From: Methanomassiliicoccaceae archaeon | GTDB taxonomy: Archaea > Thermoplasmatota > Thermoplasmata > Methanomassiliicoccales > UBA472 | Assembly (NCBI GenBank): GCA_963827135.1 | Contig: CAWGZX010000004.1 | Coordinates: 69,521 to 133,520 of the forward strand | Direction of reading: 5' to 3' | Length of the DNA stretch: 64,000 nt | Shown: piece by piece, positions 29,622 to 39,529 of the stretch | Layout of the letters: each line of letters begins with the position of its first letter | Numbering within the stretch: the first letter of the stretch is position 1 | Translations under genes and position numbers: made by a program | Notes under the pieces: generated by a model | Databases searched by the model: none | What the model was told of the DNA's origin: nothing | Seen by the model: only the letters and a program-made list of their open reading frames with translations

Positions 29622-30586
29622 CCAAGGTCGGAGTCGGCGGCACCTTCAACGTACTCCATCGAGGGCACCGCATGCTCCTGGACAAGGCTTTCGAGGTAGG
29701 CGACGTGGTCGCGATAGGCATAATGTCCGATTCCTACGTGGCGGAGAACAAGAAGCGAACCGTTGCTCTCGATGAGCGCCTCAGCACCCTCAAGGACTAC
29801 CTCGCTTCCAAGAATAAGCCGTACACCATCAACATCATCGAGGACGCGGAGGGCAATCTCATGACGGACGCTTCGGTCTCCGCCATCGTCGTCTCCCCGG
29901 AGAGATTCACGGAGGCGGAGCTGCTCTCGAAGAAGAGGGTGCAACGAGGGCTGGGCGAGCTGCGTATCCACCGCATCGGCTACGCCCTGGCTGACGATTG
30001 CGCCCCTATAAGCTCGACGAGGGTGATGGAGGGGGAGATCGACCTGGAGGGAAGGATGCTGCGGCCGATGAGGATATGCGTCGGCTCCGACAACCCGGTC
30101 AAGGTGCAGGCGGTCACGAACGTCCTCATGCGCATCTACGGGGACGTGGAAGTGACCGGCCACCGGACGAGCGCCAACGTGCCCTCGGAGCCTTGGGGGG
30201 AGGACGTGGAGCGAGGGGCAGTGGAGCGGGCCAGGAAGGCCCTGGGCCCGGCGGACTATGGCATCGGGATCGAGGCGGGCATCTTCGAGCGGAAGGGCGA
30301 CCTTTACGACGTCCAGTACTGTGCCGTCGTGGACAAGATGAACCGGGTGACCATCGGTCATGGCTCAGGCTTCAAGTACCCTCCGAAGGTGGCGGAGCTT
30401 TTGCGCAAAGGGACGACCGTCGGGGACGCGTTCAAGCAGCTCTATGAACAGGAGAGGTCCGGGAGAGGGAACGGGGCGATTGGATTCCTGACTCACGGCA
30501 TGCTCAAGAGGACCGAGCTCACCGAGCAGGCGGTGGTGGCCGCCATGGTCCCGAGGATGCGGAAGGAGCTCTATTTCGAAACCTGA
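29618..30586 (+). CDS. coaD-yjjX: Fusion: archaeal phosphopantetheine adenylyltransferase + inosine/xanthosine triphosphatase (YjjX/DUF84)
   Basis: N: VGGTFNVLHRGH, VVSPE, ISSTRV. C: VGSDNPVKVQAV, GIGIEAG, GAIGFLT. Confidence 0.88.
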   Translation: MTKVGVGGTFNVLHRGHRMLLDKAFEVGDVVAIGIMSDSYVAENKKRTVALDERLSTLKDYLASKNKPYTINIIEDAEGNLMTDASVSAIVVSPERFTEAELLSKKRVQRGLGELRIHRIGYALADDCAPISSTRVMEGEIDLEGRMLRPMRICVGSDNPVKVQAVTNVLMRIYGDVEVTGHRTSANVPSEPWGEDVERGAVERARKALGPADYGIGIEAGIFERKGDLYDVQYCAVVDKMNRVTIGHGSGFKYPPKVAELLRKGTTVGDAFKQLYEQERSGRGNGAIGFLTHGMLKRTELTEQAVVAAMVPRMRKELYFET

Positions 30587-30807
30587 GCGCGCTTCCTGCG
30601 CTCGTTCACGAAGCTCATGTAGTCTTCCAGAGTCCCGCAGTTGGCGATGCCCACGCACTCGAAGCGGCGGTACTTGCGGCAGTAGAAGCCTTGGTCGTTG
30701 AACTCACAGTTAGCCTGGCGGTCGGCGCTGCACTTCTCCCTGATGCAGCCGAACCCGTGGTAGGGCCCTCGGCACCTGCCCTCGATGTCCAGGAAATCGC
30801 AGCGCAT
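30571..30807 (-). CDS. Small 8-Cys hypothetical protein
   Basis: 78 aa; GFYCRKYRRFECVGIANC..EDYM motif shared with the upstream ORF. Confidence 0.8.
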   Translation of the reverse strand: MRCDFLDIEGRCRGPYHGFGCIREKCSADRQANCEFNDQGFYCRKYRRFECVGIANCGTLEDYMSFVNERRKRAQVSK

Positions 30808-30808
30808 C

Positions 30809-31080
30809 TCAGGACCTCCATTGGCCTTGCTTGAAGGAGTTCAGCTGGCCCATGTACTGCTCGACGGAGGAGCAGTTGTCCTTCCCGGCGCAGAAGAAGC
30901 GCTGATACTTCGCGCAATAAAGCCCGAACCATTGCTCGTTGGAGCAGTCGTAATGGCGAGCGCGGTGCTTGTCGCCGGCATGGACGGCGCATCCGTCCTC
31001 GCCCTTGCATTGTCGTCCCTCGATCGCCGCATGCGCGCAATAGCGCTCACCGTAGCGGTAACGGCACGTGTTTACCCCAT
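30809..31080 (-). CDS. Small 8-Cys hypothetical protein, paralogue of 30571..30807 (apparent 1-nt loss in a G-run after the ATG; missed by the ORF track)
   Basis: Manual translation: (M)GVNTCRYRYGERYCAHAAIEGRQCKGEDGCAVHAGDKHRARHYDCSNEQWFGLYCAKYQRFFCAGKDNCSSVEQYMGQLNSFKQGQWRS*; stop 1 nt before the next ATG. Confidence 0.75.
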
Positions 31081-31231
31081 CCCTGTCTGTAAAGACACGC
31101 CTATATTAAATTAACATTATATAAATATTCTGGATGGCTTCCAATATCTCTTTGGTCAGGAGGACGTTTACCGTTAGTACCTCGGTCTCGTCGGATACCT
31201 CTTCGCTTGGAGCACTCTAAGAAATGAGAAG

Positions 31232-31318
31232 CGCCGAGGGGGAGATTCGAACTCCCGTGGTGCAGAGCACCACCGGCTCTCAAGGCCGGCGCCGTGATCC
31301 GGGCTTAGCTACCTCGGC
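31232..31318 (-). tRNA. tRNA-Ser(TGA)
   Basis: Acceptor GCCGAGG/CCTCGGC, anticodon arm CCGGC-CTTGAGA-GCCGG, long variable arm, T-loop TTCGAAT. Confidence 0.95.
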
Positions 31319-31373
31319 TCTGGATGAACTCAGCATCTCCAGGGACCTAAAATAGTTTGCCTCCTCGTCGCGC

Positions 31374-33030
31374 TTAGACCAGACGCATCATCCTTCCTTT
31401 CATGGCAGCGTCCAGGTCCAACTCCATCGCCGCCACGGGATATCCTAGCTCGTAGCACTGCAGCACCTCGGGATGCAATTCGCCGAAGTGGCCGACCCTC
31501 GCGCCCTCTGCCAGGATAAACGCTGACCTTCCCGGTATGTAGGTGGGAAGGTCGGAGCCCTCGATCTTGAAATCGATGGCCAGGTCGTGGACGATACCTT
31601 CGACGAGGGATTTCATCTCGGTGAAGGAGGCCTTCGAATGTATGCTCACCCCGGCAAAGTGCTTCCGGCGCTTGGTATCGATGACCACATCGCCTACTTC
31701 GAACATCCGTTGCGGAAGATCGCGATGCTTGCTCTTCCTCAGCACTGCCAGCAGGGACGGCAGGAGGGAGATGCGCAAGCAATCGTGGTCCTCGGTGATG
31801 GGGTTCAGGACCTCCACCACCCCGGTAGCGCGGCAGGCGCATGGCTTCGAACTGCTCCCTCTGACTAGAGAGCGTCAAAGTCGTGACCTCATAGTAGCCG
31901 TGGCCGACCATCATCTGACGGACCAGGTCGGCCGTACGCTCGATCGGCCTCTCCGAGCCGATGGAATGAACCTCGGGTTGCTTGGAGCCGAACCTCGCGT
32001 AACCGTAGCCCTTGGCCACATCCTCCACCAGGTCCACCGGGTGCAGGATGTCCATCCTGGTGGCGGGGACGCGGACCCTCAGCCTCCCTTTCTCTGGTTG
32101 AGCGTCATATCCCATCCTCAATAGGCAGCCGGCCATCTCCTCCGGGCTGAGGCCGAGGCCGAGCCATTGGTTGGCATATTTTACCGACAGCCTCATCTCC
32201 GCGGGTTGCAGATGAGGCGTGGTCATCTTCCTCCGCCCCTCGACCTTGACCGAATGGATGCTCGCCCCTCTCTCGGCGAAGGCCGCGGCCACGATGTTCA
32301 GGACCCCCGAGATGGCGTTCAGGTCAGTGCCGGTGACGTCGATGAAGATGCTCTTGGTTCTCTCCGTGACCGTGGTCAGCCTGCCGTTGATGATCGGCGG
32401 GAAGGAGAGGACCTGGCCATCGGCGTCGAGGATGACCGGATACTTGCCCATGCCCTCGAGGATGTAAGCGTAATCGATGCCCTTCTCATGGCGTTGGAGG
32501 ATCTCGCGCATGTTCATACTCTCCTCCTTGGCCAGGGGGACGAAGCTGATCGACTCCGGGTCGACCGCTTTGTAGACGAAGGGCGGCTTGACCGCGTCCA
32601 TGTCGTGGATGCCGACCGACACCTTCTGCCTCTTCCTTCCAACGGTAAGGTGCACCTTCTCCTGCAGTTCCATCATGGAGCGGATGAGCTCGTCGGTCAT
32701 GGTCACGTCCCGCACCACGCCGGCGACGACGTACGGACGGACCTTCTCCACGCTCCTCTCCACTTTCAATGTGATTCCGGATTCGGTGACATGGTAATGG
32801 CGCAGCCCCTTCTCGAAGCCGAGGAAGGTGCGCAGGGAGCGCGCCACCCCCTCGACCGAGTAGTTGTCCGGCCGGTCGGGGAAGAACTCCACCCCCAGCT
32901 CCCCGGTGGCGGGGTCGTAATGATGGAAATCCGCGCCCATCATAGGGATGATGCTGATCAATTCCTCCGCTGGGACCTCCTTTCCGATCAAGTGGACCAA
33001 GTCCCGATAGCCGAAGGTGATTACTGGCAT
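31374..33030 (-). CDS. pheT: Phenylalanine--tRNA ligase beta subunit (archaeal type), frameshift near 31825
   Basis: PDRPDNYSVEG, QEKVH, IGIHD, FPPIING, RMDILHPVDLVEDVA; VEVLNPITEDH onward is in another frame. Confidence 0.93.
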
Positions 33031-33063
33031 GGTTGGATGCGATTGCCACCTGGGTATTTTTAA

Positions 33064-34212
33064 TTATCTGCCGAGGGCCTTATGCGAGCTCGCGAGATGC
33101 CCTTTGGCCTGCGCTGCCAGCGTTGAAAGCTCCCCTGCGAGGCAGGTGGCGGCCACGATCTCCGCGAACTTCTTGGCCTTGCCGCTGCCTAGGCACCCGA
33201 GCATGGAGAGAGCTTCGCTCTGGCAAGGAAGTCTGGTGCCCCCTCCCACGGTCCCTACCTCCAACGAGGGCAGCCTCAATGAGACATAGAGCGAATCGTC
33301 CACTACCTCCGCGGTCGTGGTGCCCATGCTCCCCTCGACCACCTGGGCAGGGTCCTGGCCGGTGGCGATGAATATCGCCGAGAGCATGTTAGCAACGTGG
33401 GCGTTGAACCCATATGACAGGGACATGCTCGACCCCACCAGGTTCTTGCGATAGCAGGCCTCGGCCACCAGCTCCGGCTCAGCCTTCAGCTTGTGCTCCA
33501 TGACCTTCCTGGTAATCACGGCGTCGACCAGTACGATCCTGCCTCTGCCCAGGATGTAGTTCAGCGCGGATGGCTTCTTGTCCACGCAGAAGTTGCCAGA
33601 GACGGATATCAGCACCGCCCCGGTCTTGTCCTGTATCACCTCGGAGGCGGCCTGGGTGGCGATGGTGGCCATGTTCATGCCCATGGCATCGCCGGTGTCG
33701 TAGGCGAAGCGGATGAAGAGGCTGCGACCGTTGGCGAACGCCTTCGCGCTCAGGAGCTTGCCATGATGGGTGGTTGATTCGGCGACCTTCCTGATCTCCT
33801 CGAAATGCTCGTCGACCCAGGCGACCACTTGCCGGGCGTGCCTTACGTCCCTCACGCGAAAGACCGGTGCCCGGGTCATCTCTTCCTTAATGATTATCGT
33901 ACGGGCCCCGCCGGATGCGGTGAGCGCCGCTGCGCCGCGGTTGACCGTGGCGAGAAGAGCGCCCTCCGTGGTGGCCATGGGGACAAGGAAATCACCGTGG
34001 GCATGGTCACCGTCGACCTTGAGGGGCCCGATGAACCCTAGGGGCAGCTGGACGGTGCCGATCATGTTCTCGATGTTCTTCTCTGCGAGCATTGGATCGA
34101 ACGGGCAATTGCCTATCTTGCTGAGCCTTGCACCGGAGAATCCCTCCACCGCTGCCCTGCGCTCGTCCATGTCCTCTCTGCTCTTGCGAGTGTTCTTGAG
34201 ACCATGTCCCAT
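33064..34212 (-). CDS. hmgA: HMG-CoA reductase, class I (NADPH)
   Basis: ENMIG, PMATTEGAL, DTGDAMGMNM, SGNFCVDKK, GQDPAQ, GTVGGGT. Confidence 0.95.
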   Translation of the reverse strand: MGHGLKNTRKSREDMDERRAAVEGFSGARLSKIGNCPFDPMLAEKNIENMIGTVQLPLGFIGPLKVDGDHAHGDFLVPMATTEGALLATVNRGAAALTASGGARTIIIKEEMTRAPVFRVRDVRHARQVVAWVDEHFEEIRKVAESTTHHGKLLSAKAFANGRSLFIRFAYDTGDAMGMNMATIATQAASEVIQDKTGAVLISVSGNFCVDKKPSALNYILGRGRIVLVDAVITRKVMEHKLKAEPELVAEACYRKNLVGSSMSLSYGFNAHVANMLSAIFIATGQDPAQVVEGSMGTTTAEVVDDSLYVSLRLPSLEVGTVGGGTRLPCQSEALSMLGCLGSGKAKKFAEIVAATCLAGELSTLAAQAKGHLASSHKALGR

Positions 34213-34259
34213 CGGAATCGCTTATGAGAAGGGATTCAAGGCTTTAATCTTCACACCTG

Positions 34260-35531
34260 TTACTTCAGCTCTTGAAGGATCTCCTTAGCGCGATCCACCC
34301 GCACTTTGCGCTCCTTGACCATGCGCTCGGCAACAACGTCGACCTGGTCGGGCCTAGCCCCTGCGGTGACGGCGATGTTACGGGCGTGCAGAGACATATG
34401 GCCGCGCTGGATGCCCTCACTTGCCAGTGCGCGGAGGGCCGCTAGGTTCTGAGCTAGGCCGACGGCGGCTAGCACCTCTCCGAATTCGCTGGCCGACTTG
34501 ACCCCCAGGATCTTCATGGCTATCCTCGCTATCGGATGGGTCTTGACCGCGCCGCCGATCAGGCCGACCGCCATGGGCAACTCTATCGAGCCCTGCAAGT
34601 CGCCGCTGTCGGTCTTGGTCCATTTTGATATCGAGGTATAATGTCCGTTCAGAGCGGCATACGCGTGCGCTCCCGCCTCGATGGCCCTGTGATCGTTCCC
34701 CGTCGCCAAGACCACTGCGGTTATGCCATTCATGACGCCCTTGTTGTGCGTGGCCGCTCGATAGGGGTCGGCGGCGGCGAACGCAGACGCGTAGGCGATG
34801 CCATCTACGACCTCCTCGCCCCCGAGAGCTTCCTTGGGCACGGTGCACCATGCCTTGGCGAGGCGTTTCACCGCTAAGTTAGAGATGATTCGAAGATAAA
34901 CGCGTCCGCCCGTGAGCTCCTCGATCATTGGCGCCACAGCCTCTGCCATCGTGTTGACCGCGTTCGCGCCCATCGCGTCTCGGCAATCCACTAGCAAGTG
35001 CACGATGAGCATTTGTCCCATGGTTGTGTCGATTACACGTGCCTCGAGGTCCTTGGCCCCTCCTCCGAATGAGTTTAGGACGGGGTCCTGGTCGTTGGCT
35101 TTCTTGAGGACATCCGCTTTGGAATTGAGAACCTTCTGTCTCGCTTCTTCAGCGTTTTTTAATTTGACCACCTGGATCTGTCCGATCATGATAGGCGCGG
35201 TGCTGCTCGTATGGAAGCCTCCGCCGTCCCGTACCATCCGGGCGGCATAGCTAGCGCCTGCGATCACGCTTGGTTCTTCGGTGGCCATTGGGATCAGATA
35301 GTCTTTTTGATTGATCTGGAAGTTTACACCAATTCCTAGCGGTTCAGGGAAGACGCCGATTACGTTCTCAACCATATGGTCTGCCCCATCCATGGACATG
35401 GAGCCTGTGTTCTCAAGCAAGTGGACTTCTTCGTCGGTCAAGCCAGCGAAGTCCTTGATGATTGCCAGTCGCTCTCTTGGCGCGAGTTTGTAAAAACCTG
35501 AGATCGTTGATGATTTAGCCATGTTTATCAC
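34260..35531 (-). CDS. mvaA: HMG-CoA reductase, class II
   Basis: ENVIG, PMATEEPSV, DAMGANAVN, ATHNKG, GNDHRA, EGIQRGHMSLH. Confidence 0.95.
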   Translation of the reverse strand: MINMAKSSTISGFYKLAPRERLAIIKDFAGLTDEEVHLLENTGSMSMDGADHMVENVIGVFPEPLGIGVNFQINQKDYLIPMATEEPSVIAGASYAARMVRDGGGFHTSSTAPIMIGQIQVVKLKNAEEARQKVLNSKADVLKKANDQDPVLNSFGGGAKDLEARVIDTTMGQMLIVHLLVDCRDAMGANAVNTMAEAVAPMIEELTGGRVYLRIISNLAVKRLAKAWCTVPKEALGGEEVVDGIAYASAFAAADPYRAATHNKGVMNGITAVVLATGNDHRAIEAGAHAYAALNGHYTSISKWTKTDSGDLQGSIELPMAVGLIGGAVKTHPIARIAMKILGVKSASEFGEVLAAVGLAQNLAALRALASEGIQRGHMSLHARNIAVTAGARPDQVDVVAERMVKERKVRVDRAKEILQELK

Positions 35532-35727
35532 TAGCCAGCGTAGATTGAATAGAGTAACTGACTCTCGGTTAATAAGCTTTAACCAACCATGAGTGGGGCC
35601 ATTTCACGACCTTTCCGACAATACGGACATTCAGGACGCGAAACACCGACATACAGGTCATCTCTTGCTTGATGACGACCACGTTGGCTCGGCAAGCCGC
35701 GGTTAGCGCGGGAGCTCAGATAAAGAC

Positions 35728-36216
35728 TCATTCGACCTTGGAGCCGCAGCTCTTACAGAACTTGGAGTCTTGGTCCATGGCAGCTCCGCAGGACTTGCAT
35801 TTCATGGGCACGACCTGTTGGCTTCCTGAATTGAAGATGAAGGCCCAATAGCCCGCGATGGATGCAGTCGCTCTTTGGTCGTGGTCGATGTATGATATTC
35901 CTCCGACCGCTACGGCAGCGAGCGGCAAGATGACTAGTCCGATTGCGCCGACCACCGCTCCGGTATCTCCTAAAGTTGCTGAGAGGCTGAGGTCGATGGC
36001 CAAGTTCTGGTTGAAGTCAGTTATGTTAAGGTCGACGACCTGCCTCAGACCCAGATGGGACTCCGTGTGAACCCCTTGAAATTGGTAAGGCCCGAAGAAG
36101 TTGATCGTATACCCCCTCTGATTCCAGTAGGTGGCGGACCTTTGTACCAGGTCCTCCTTGGTAACGCCTGAGATGATCCTTTGCTCGCGCTTGGTGAAGA
36201 GGTGCGTCAATGGCAT
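35728..36216 (-). CDS. Membrane protein with C-terminal zinc ribbon
   Basis: TM segment then CKSCG..CKSCG. Confidence 0.8.
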   Translation of the reverse strand: MPLTHLFTKREQRIISGVTKEDLVQRSATYWNQRGYTINFFGPYQFQGVHTESHLGLRQVVDLNITDFNQNLAIDLSLSATLGDTGAVVGAIGLVILPLAAVAVGGISYIDHDQRATASIAGYWAFIFNSGSQQVVPMKCKSCGAAMDQDSKFCKSCGSKVE

Positions 36217-36388
36217 GATCTTAACCTCAGATGCCTCAAGCTCACTCCCGCTAGATATTCTCTCGCCCTGTCATGCTATAACTTGCCATACAATAGCCAA
36301 AACTGAGACTGCTAATGCAAAGCTAATATAGGTGTTAGATTTTACCACCGGACTTAAGGTGTTACACACCAGGCGGCGAACAACCACA

Positions 36389-36811
36389 ATGTATAGTATG
36401 AGTCCGAAAACGGGCCCACTAATGACCGACGAACAAGTGATCGAGCGATTCAAGCAAGGCAAGGAGTGGGGACTACTGGTCTCAATAGACATGCACGACT
36501 GCGACCCCAAGAAGATCAGGGACGGAGACTACATCCGCAAGTTCTCCGTCGACCTATGCGACCACATCAAGATGAAGAGATTTGGTGACCCGATAGTGGT
36601 TAGGTTCGGAGCCGACCCGAAGGTACAAGGATACTCGCTGGCCCAGCTTATCGAGACCTCATTGATTTCGGGCCATTTCGCCGAGGACACCAACCGTGCC
36701 TTCATCGACGTCTTCAGTTGTAAGGAATACCCACCAAAGGCAGTCGCGGATTATTGTGCGAAGTACTTCGGTGCGAAGAAGACAGAGTACTCCATATCCT
36801 TCAGGACCTAA
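36389..36811 (+). CDS. S-adenosylmethionine decarboxylase proenzyme-like protein
   Basis: GYSLAQLIETSLISGHF, FIDVFSCKEY; ATG at 36389 or 36398. Confidence 0.8.
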   Translation: MYSMSPKTGPLMTDEQVIERFKQGKEWGLLVSIDMHDCDPKKIRDGDYIRKFSVDLCDHIKMKRFGDPIVVRFGADPKVQGYSLAQLIETSLISGHFAEDTNRAFIDVFSCKEYPPKAVADYCAKYFGAKKTEYSISFRT

Positions 36812-36950
36812 TACTTCAGAAACCCTTTTCGGCAATCCTCTTCAACTCTCATTCATTCTCTAAGCGAGAGCTGTGTCCTTGGAGGATGATGGCTTTCACG
36901 TCGGCAATGGAAAGGTTTAAAATGGAACGAGCTATTTGGTCGATTCACTC

Positions 36951-37028
36951 GGGCCCATAGCTTAGCCTGGTTGGAGCGCCCGGCTGATAACCGGGAGGTC
37001 AAGAGTCCAAATCTCTTTGGGCCCACCA
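36951..37028 (+). tRNA. tRNA-Ile(GAT), CCA encoded; integration target
   Basis: Acceptor GGGCCCA/TGGGCCC, anticodon arm CCCGG-CTGATAA-CCGGG, T arm AAGAG-TCCAAAT-CTCTT. Confidence 0.95.
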
Positions 37029-37039
37029 TTTCATCTGGC
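37005..37039 (+). repeat. attL (35 bp: tRNA-Ile 3' end plus 11 nt)
   Basis: GTCCAAATCTCTTTGGGCCCACCATTTCATCTGGC, identical to 45601..45635. Confidence 0.95.
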
Positions 37040-38132
37040 ATCGGTCCGAAAATGCCCCGACTGTGCAGAGTCCTGCACAACCGAGGCGACAAATCGGTCC
37101 TGAGCCTTCATAGGGTCTTCCTGGTCGGACAGGTTGAGACCGAGATACTTCTTCGTCATGTCGATGGACTCATGCCCCAACATCTCGGAGATCGTCTCTA
37201 TAGGCGTTCTAGCTGCCATTGACGCCTCCCAAACGTCCTCCTCATGCGTATGGTTCTAGAAGTCGAACGTCCTGGCGAATGCGTTCTCCATTCGATTCTT
37301 GAACCCCTGGACTATCTTATCCGATGCCTGACTCAGAATAGCCTCTCAGCTCTCCATGCCATTCATGGATGAATAAGAGATCGGGAACGGTTTGGCTAGG
37401 ATATTCCTTCTTGAACCGTTCCACCATAAGCTCTCTTTCATACATCCATCTGGCAACAAATTCCTTCACCGTGTCGTTCAGCATCATGGTCCTGATCTTG
37501 CCGCCATTCCGGCCTTTCCCTAACACCGTAACGGTCCTGGTCTCCACCTCGGATGCCTTTTGCCTCATGATCTCGATTCTCCGGCATCCCAGACCCAGCT
37601 CCATAGCAAGGATGGCGCCCTCCATTGGATCAGCCATGTTGATGAGGGCGCTCCATACCATCGTCTCCCTCCTCGATCTAGCCAATCGACTGTCGTGCGC
37701 TCGTTTTTCGGCCATTCTAGCTCCATCTTGCTAACAATGGTTTCCATTCGCTTCTAAGAAGCGCTTGAAGAATGAGAGCATCCACATTCGGTTAGTAGGG
37801 TGTCCCACCGTATACCTTGCCTAGAAGATGCCGAATCTCGGTTTCCCCTATTAGCCAGGCATCATGCTGGAGTCCCGCATTCGATAGGTAGTTATGCTCT
37901 TGTTCAGTACCCATTCCGCGCTCTCTATTGTCTTTTTGGACCTTCCCTTAAGGCGCATCCTGTCCACGTATTCCCTAATCGATTCCCTGAGGAGCCTTGC
38001 CTTATCGGGCATTTTAGACTCCTCGGACAAGGATTGCGCGTCCTGGCTAGTAATGGTTACGGAACCGTCCGATTCCGAAGCCCCACGCCTTTTTATTATG
38101 GCTCGACCAATGCGGTGGCGTTTTGAGGACAT
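37031..38132 (-). pseudogene. Tyrosine recombinase/integrase, multiply frameshifted
   Basis: LGCRRIE (R), GKGRNGGK (K), NHT/MRRTFGR (HxxR, across a shift) and LGHESIDMTKKY (H,Y) are spread over frames; one in-frame TAG. Confidence 0.85.
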
Positions 38133-38137
38133 GATAA

Positions 38138-38494
38138 TCAGCCACTTGGGTTTAGACTTCGACCAAGAACCGATTCCTTTGAAGGCGTGCCACCCCTTCC
38201 ATATATGCCGAAGGCGCGTCGAACCTCCGACGCTTCAAGGTCTCCTTCGGCATCCCCTAGGATTTCACTCTCCTCGATGGTCCTCTTGATGCTTCTCCAT
38301 CCAAAATTGAAACCTGCATAAGTGGCAAACCTACCAATTGCAATGAGCAGGAAATAATCACTGACACCGGGATACAATCTCGCCATTTCTGCCCGCAATT
38401 GGCTTAGCGCTTTTCCTTCATTGAGGTTCGTCACGACGAAGTCGTACGCGTCGAGATAGCATTCTGGAGGAAGCTCGCTACGGAAGGGGCTCAT
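38138..38494 (-). CDS. Hypothetical element protein
   Basis: MSPFRSELPPECYLDAYDF..; start overlaps the stop of the upstream ORF; C-terminus may be out of frame. Confidence 0.5.
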   Translation of the reverse strand: MSPFRSELPPECYLDAYDFVVTNLNEGKALSQLRAEMARLYPGVSDYFLLIAIGRFATYAGFNFGWRSIKRTIEESEILGDAEGDLEASEVRRAFGIYGRGGTPSKESVLGRSLNPSG

Positions 38495-38781
38495 GTCACC
38501 ACATCCACTTCGGTGTCCTCGACAATCAACAGGTGCCTTGCAGAGACGCGCTGATAAACGACCCTGGTATTGGCCATCTTCTTCAAGCTTCTCTTGATGC
38601 TCGGGATGCGCTCGATTGTGGTCTTCAAAACAACGGCATACGCGACCTCTGTTTCGGGGGGCGTATTGCCACAAATATCCGTACCTTTCTTTGCATATGA
38701 TTTCCTTTCTGAGGTAGGTGCGAGAACTCTCGTCCTACCGTCAATACTATTTCGCGGCAACGGTGCTGGCATAAAAAGCAA
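38491..38781 (-). CDS. Hypothetical element protein (start uncertain)
   Basis: Open frame ending in an ATGA/TGAC-type junction with the 38494 ORF. Confidence 0.4.
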   Translation of the reverse strand: MLFMPAPLPRNSIDGRTRVLAPTSERKSYAKKGTDICGNTPPETEVAYAVVLKTTIERIPSIKRSLKKMANTRVVYQRVSARHLLIVEDTEVDVVT

Positions 38782-39141
38782 TCCTACGCGCGCGAATTCC
38801 CGTGTTCGCGTACGCGTGAGGGTTCTACGATTCCTCGTTCGAGCCGTGCAATCCTCAAAAGACGAGGCACTATAAACACCCTTAAATCGTGCAGGAAACG
38901 GCTCTTCACGGCGTTCTGCTTCGAATTCCGATGTAGGCTATTAACAGGTCAAAATTCGTTGTCCTGAACGGAGATTTTTCCCTCCGTCAACCACCCTCAT
39001 CTCTTCTCCCCTTGCCTAGGGGCCCTTGCCCCATCCCCACATCTCTACGATAAGATGAGTGCTGGTGGGGATAAAGGTTGAATGTTATTGGGTGTAATAG
39101 TACAATCCAGAGTTCTCCAATTACGCATACTGTCATTACTA

Positions 39142-39375
39142 ACTAGCAAGCCCCTGAAAGGGGCTTCAAGGTTGTATAAGGGCCCGCATATTGCACATTT
39201 AGAACTGTACATATAGCCGAAGGCTTGGTCCCAGACTTCGCCTTCGGTTCATTTAGGAGGATAAGTGGGGATGATGGTTGGTAGGTGATGGTTAATGGTG
39301 TGATATTACTCCATATTAATCCTCATTAACGCATAGTATTGCATTCACTCACTAGCAAGCCCCTCTTTAGGGGCT
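39142..39375. repeat. Two copies of ACTAGCA + AGCCCCT-loop-AGGGGCT hairpin, 209 bp apart
   Basis: 39142 ACTAGCAAGCCCCTGAAAGGGGCT; 39351 ACTAGCAAGCCCCTCTTTAGGGGCT. Confidence 0.85.
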
Positions 39376-39529
39376 GTATATACATACTATACGCAATACG
39401 CAAGCATGCGGGGCCCTTGCAGACTTGCGATATGTAAGGATGTAAGGTTGCGTATTAGGGGGGTTGTGAGGTACTGTGAGCCCTGTACACACCCTACTCT
39501 AACACACATCAAATTCACAATTATATATG

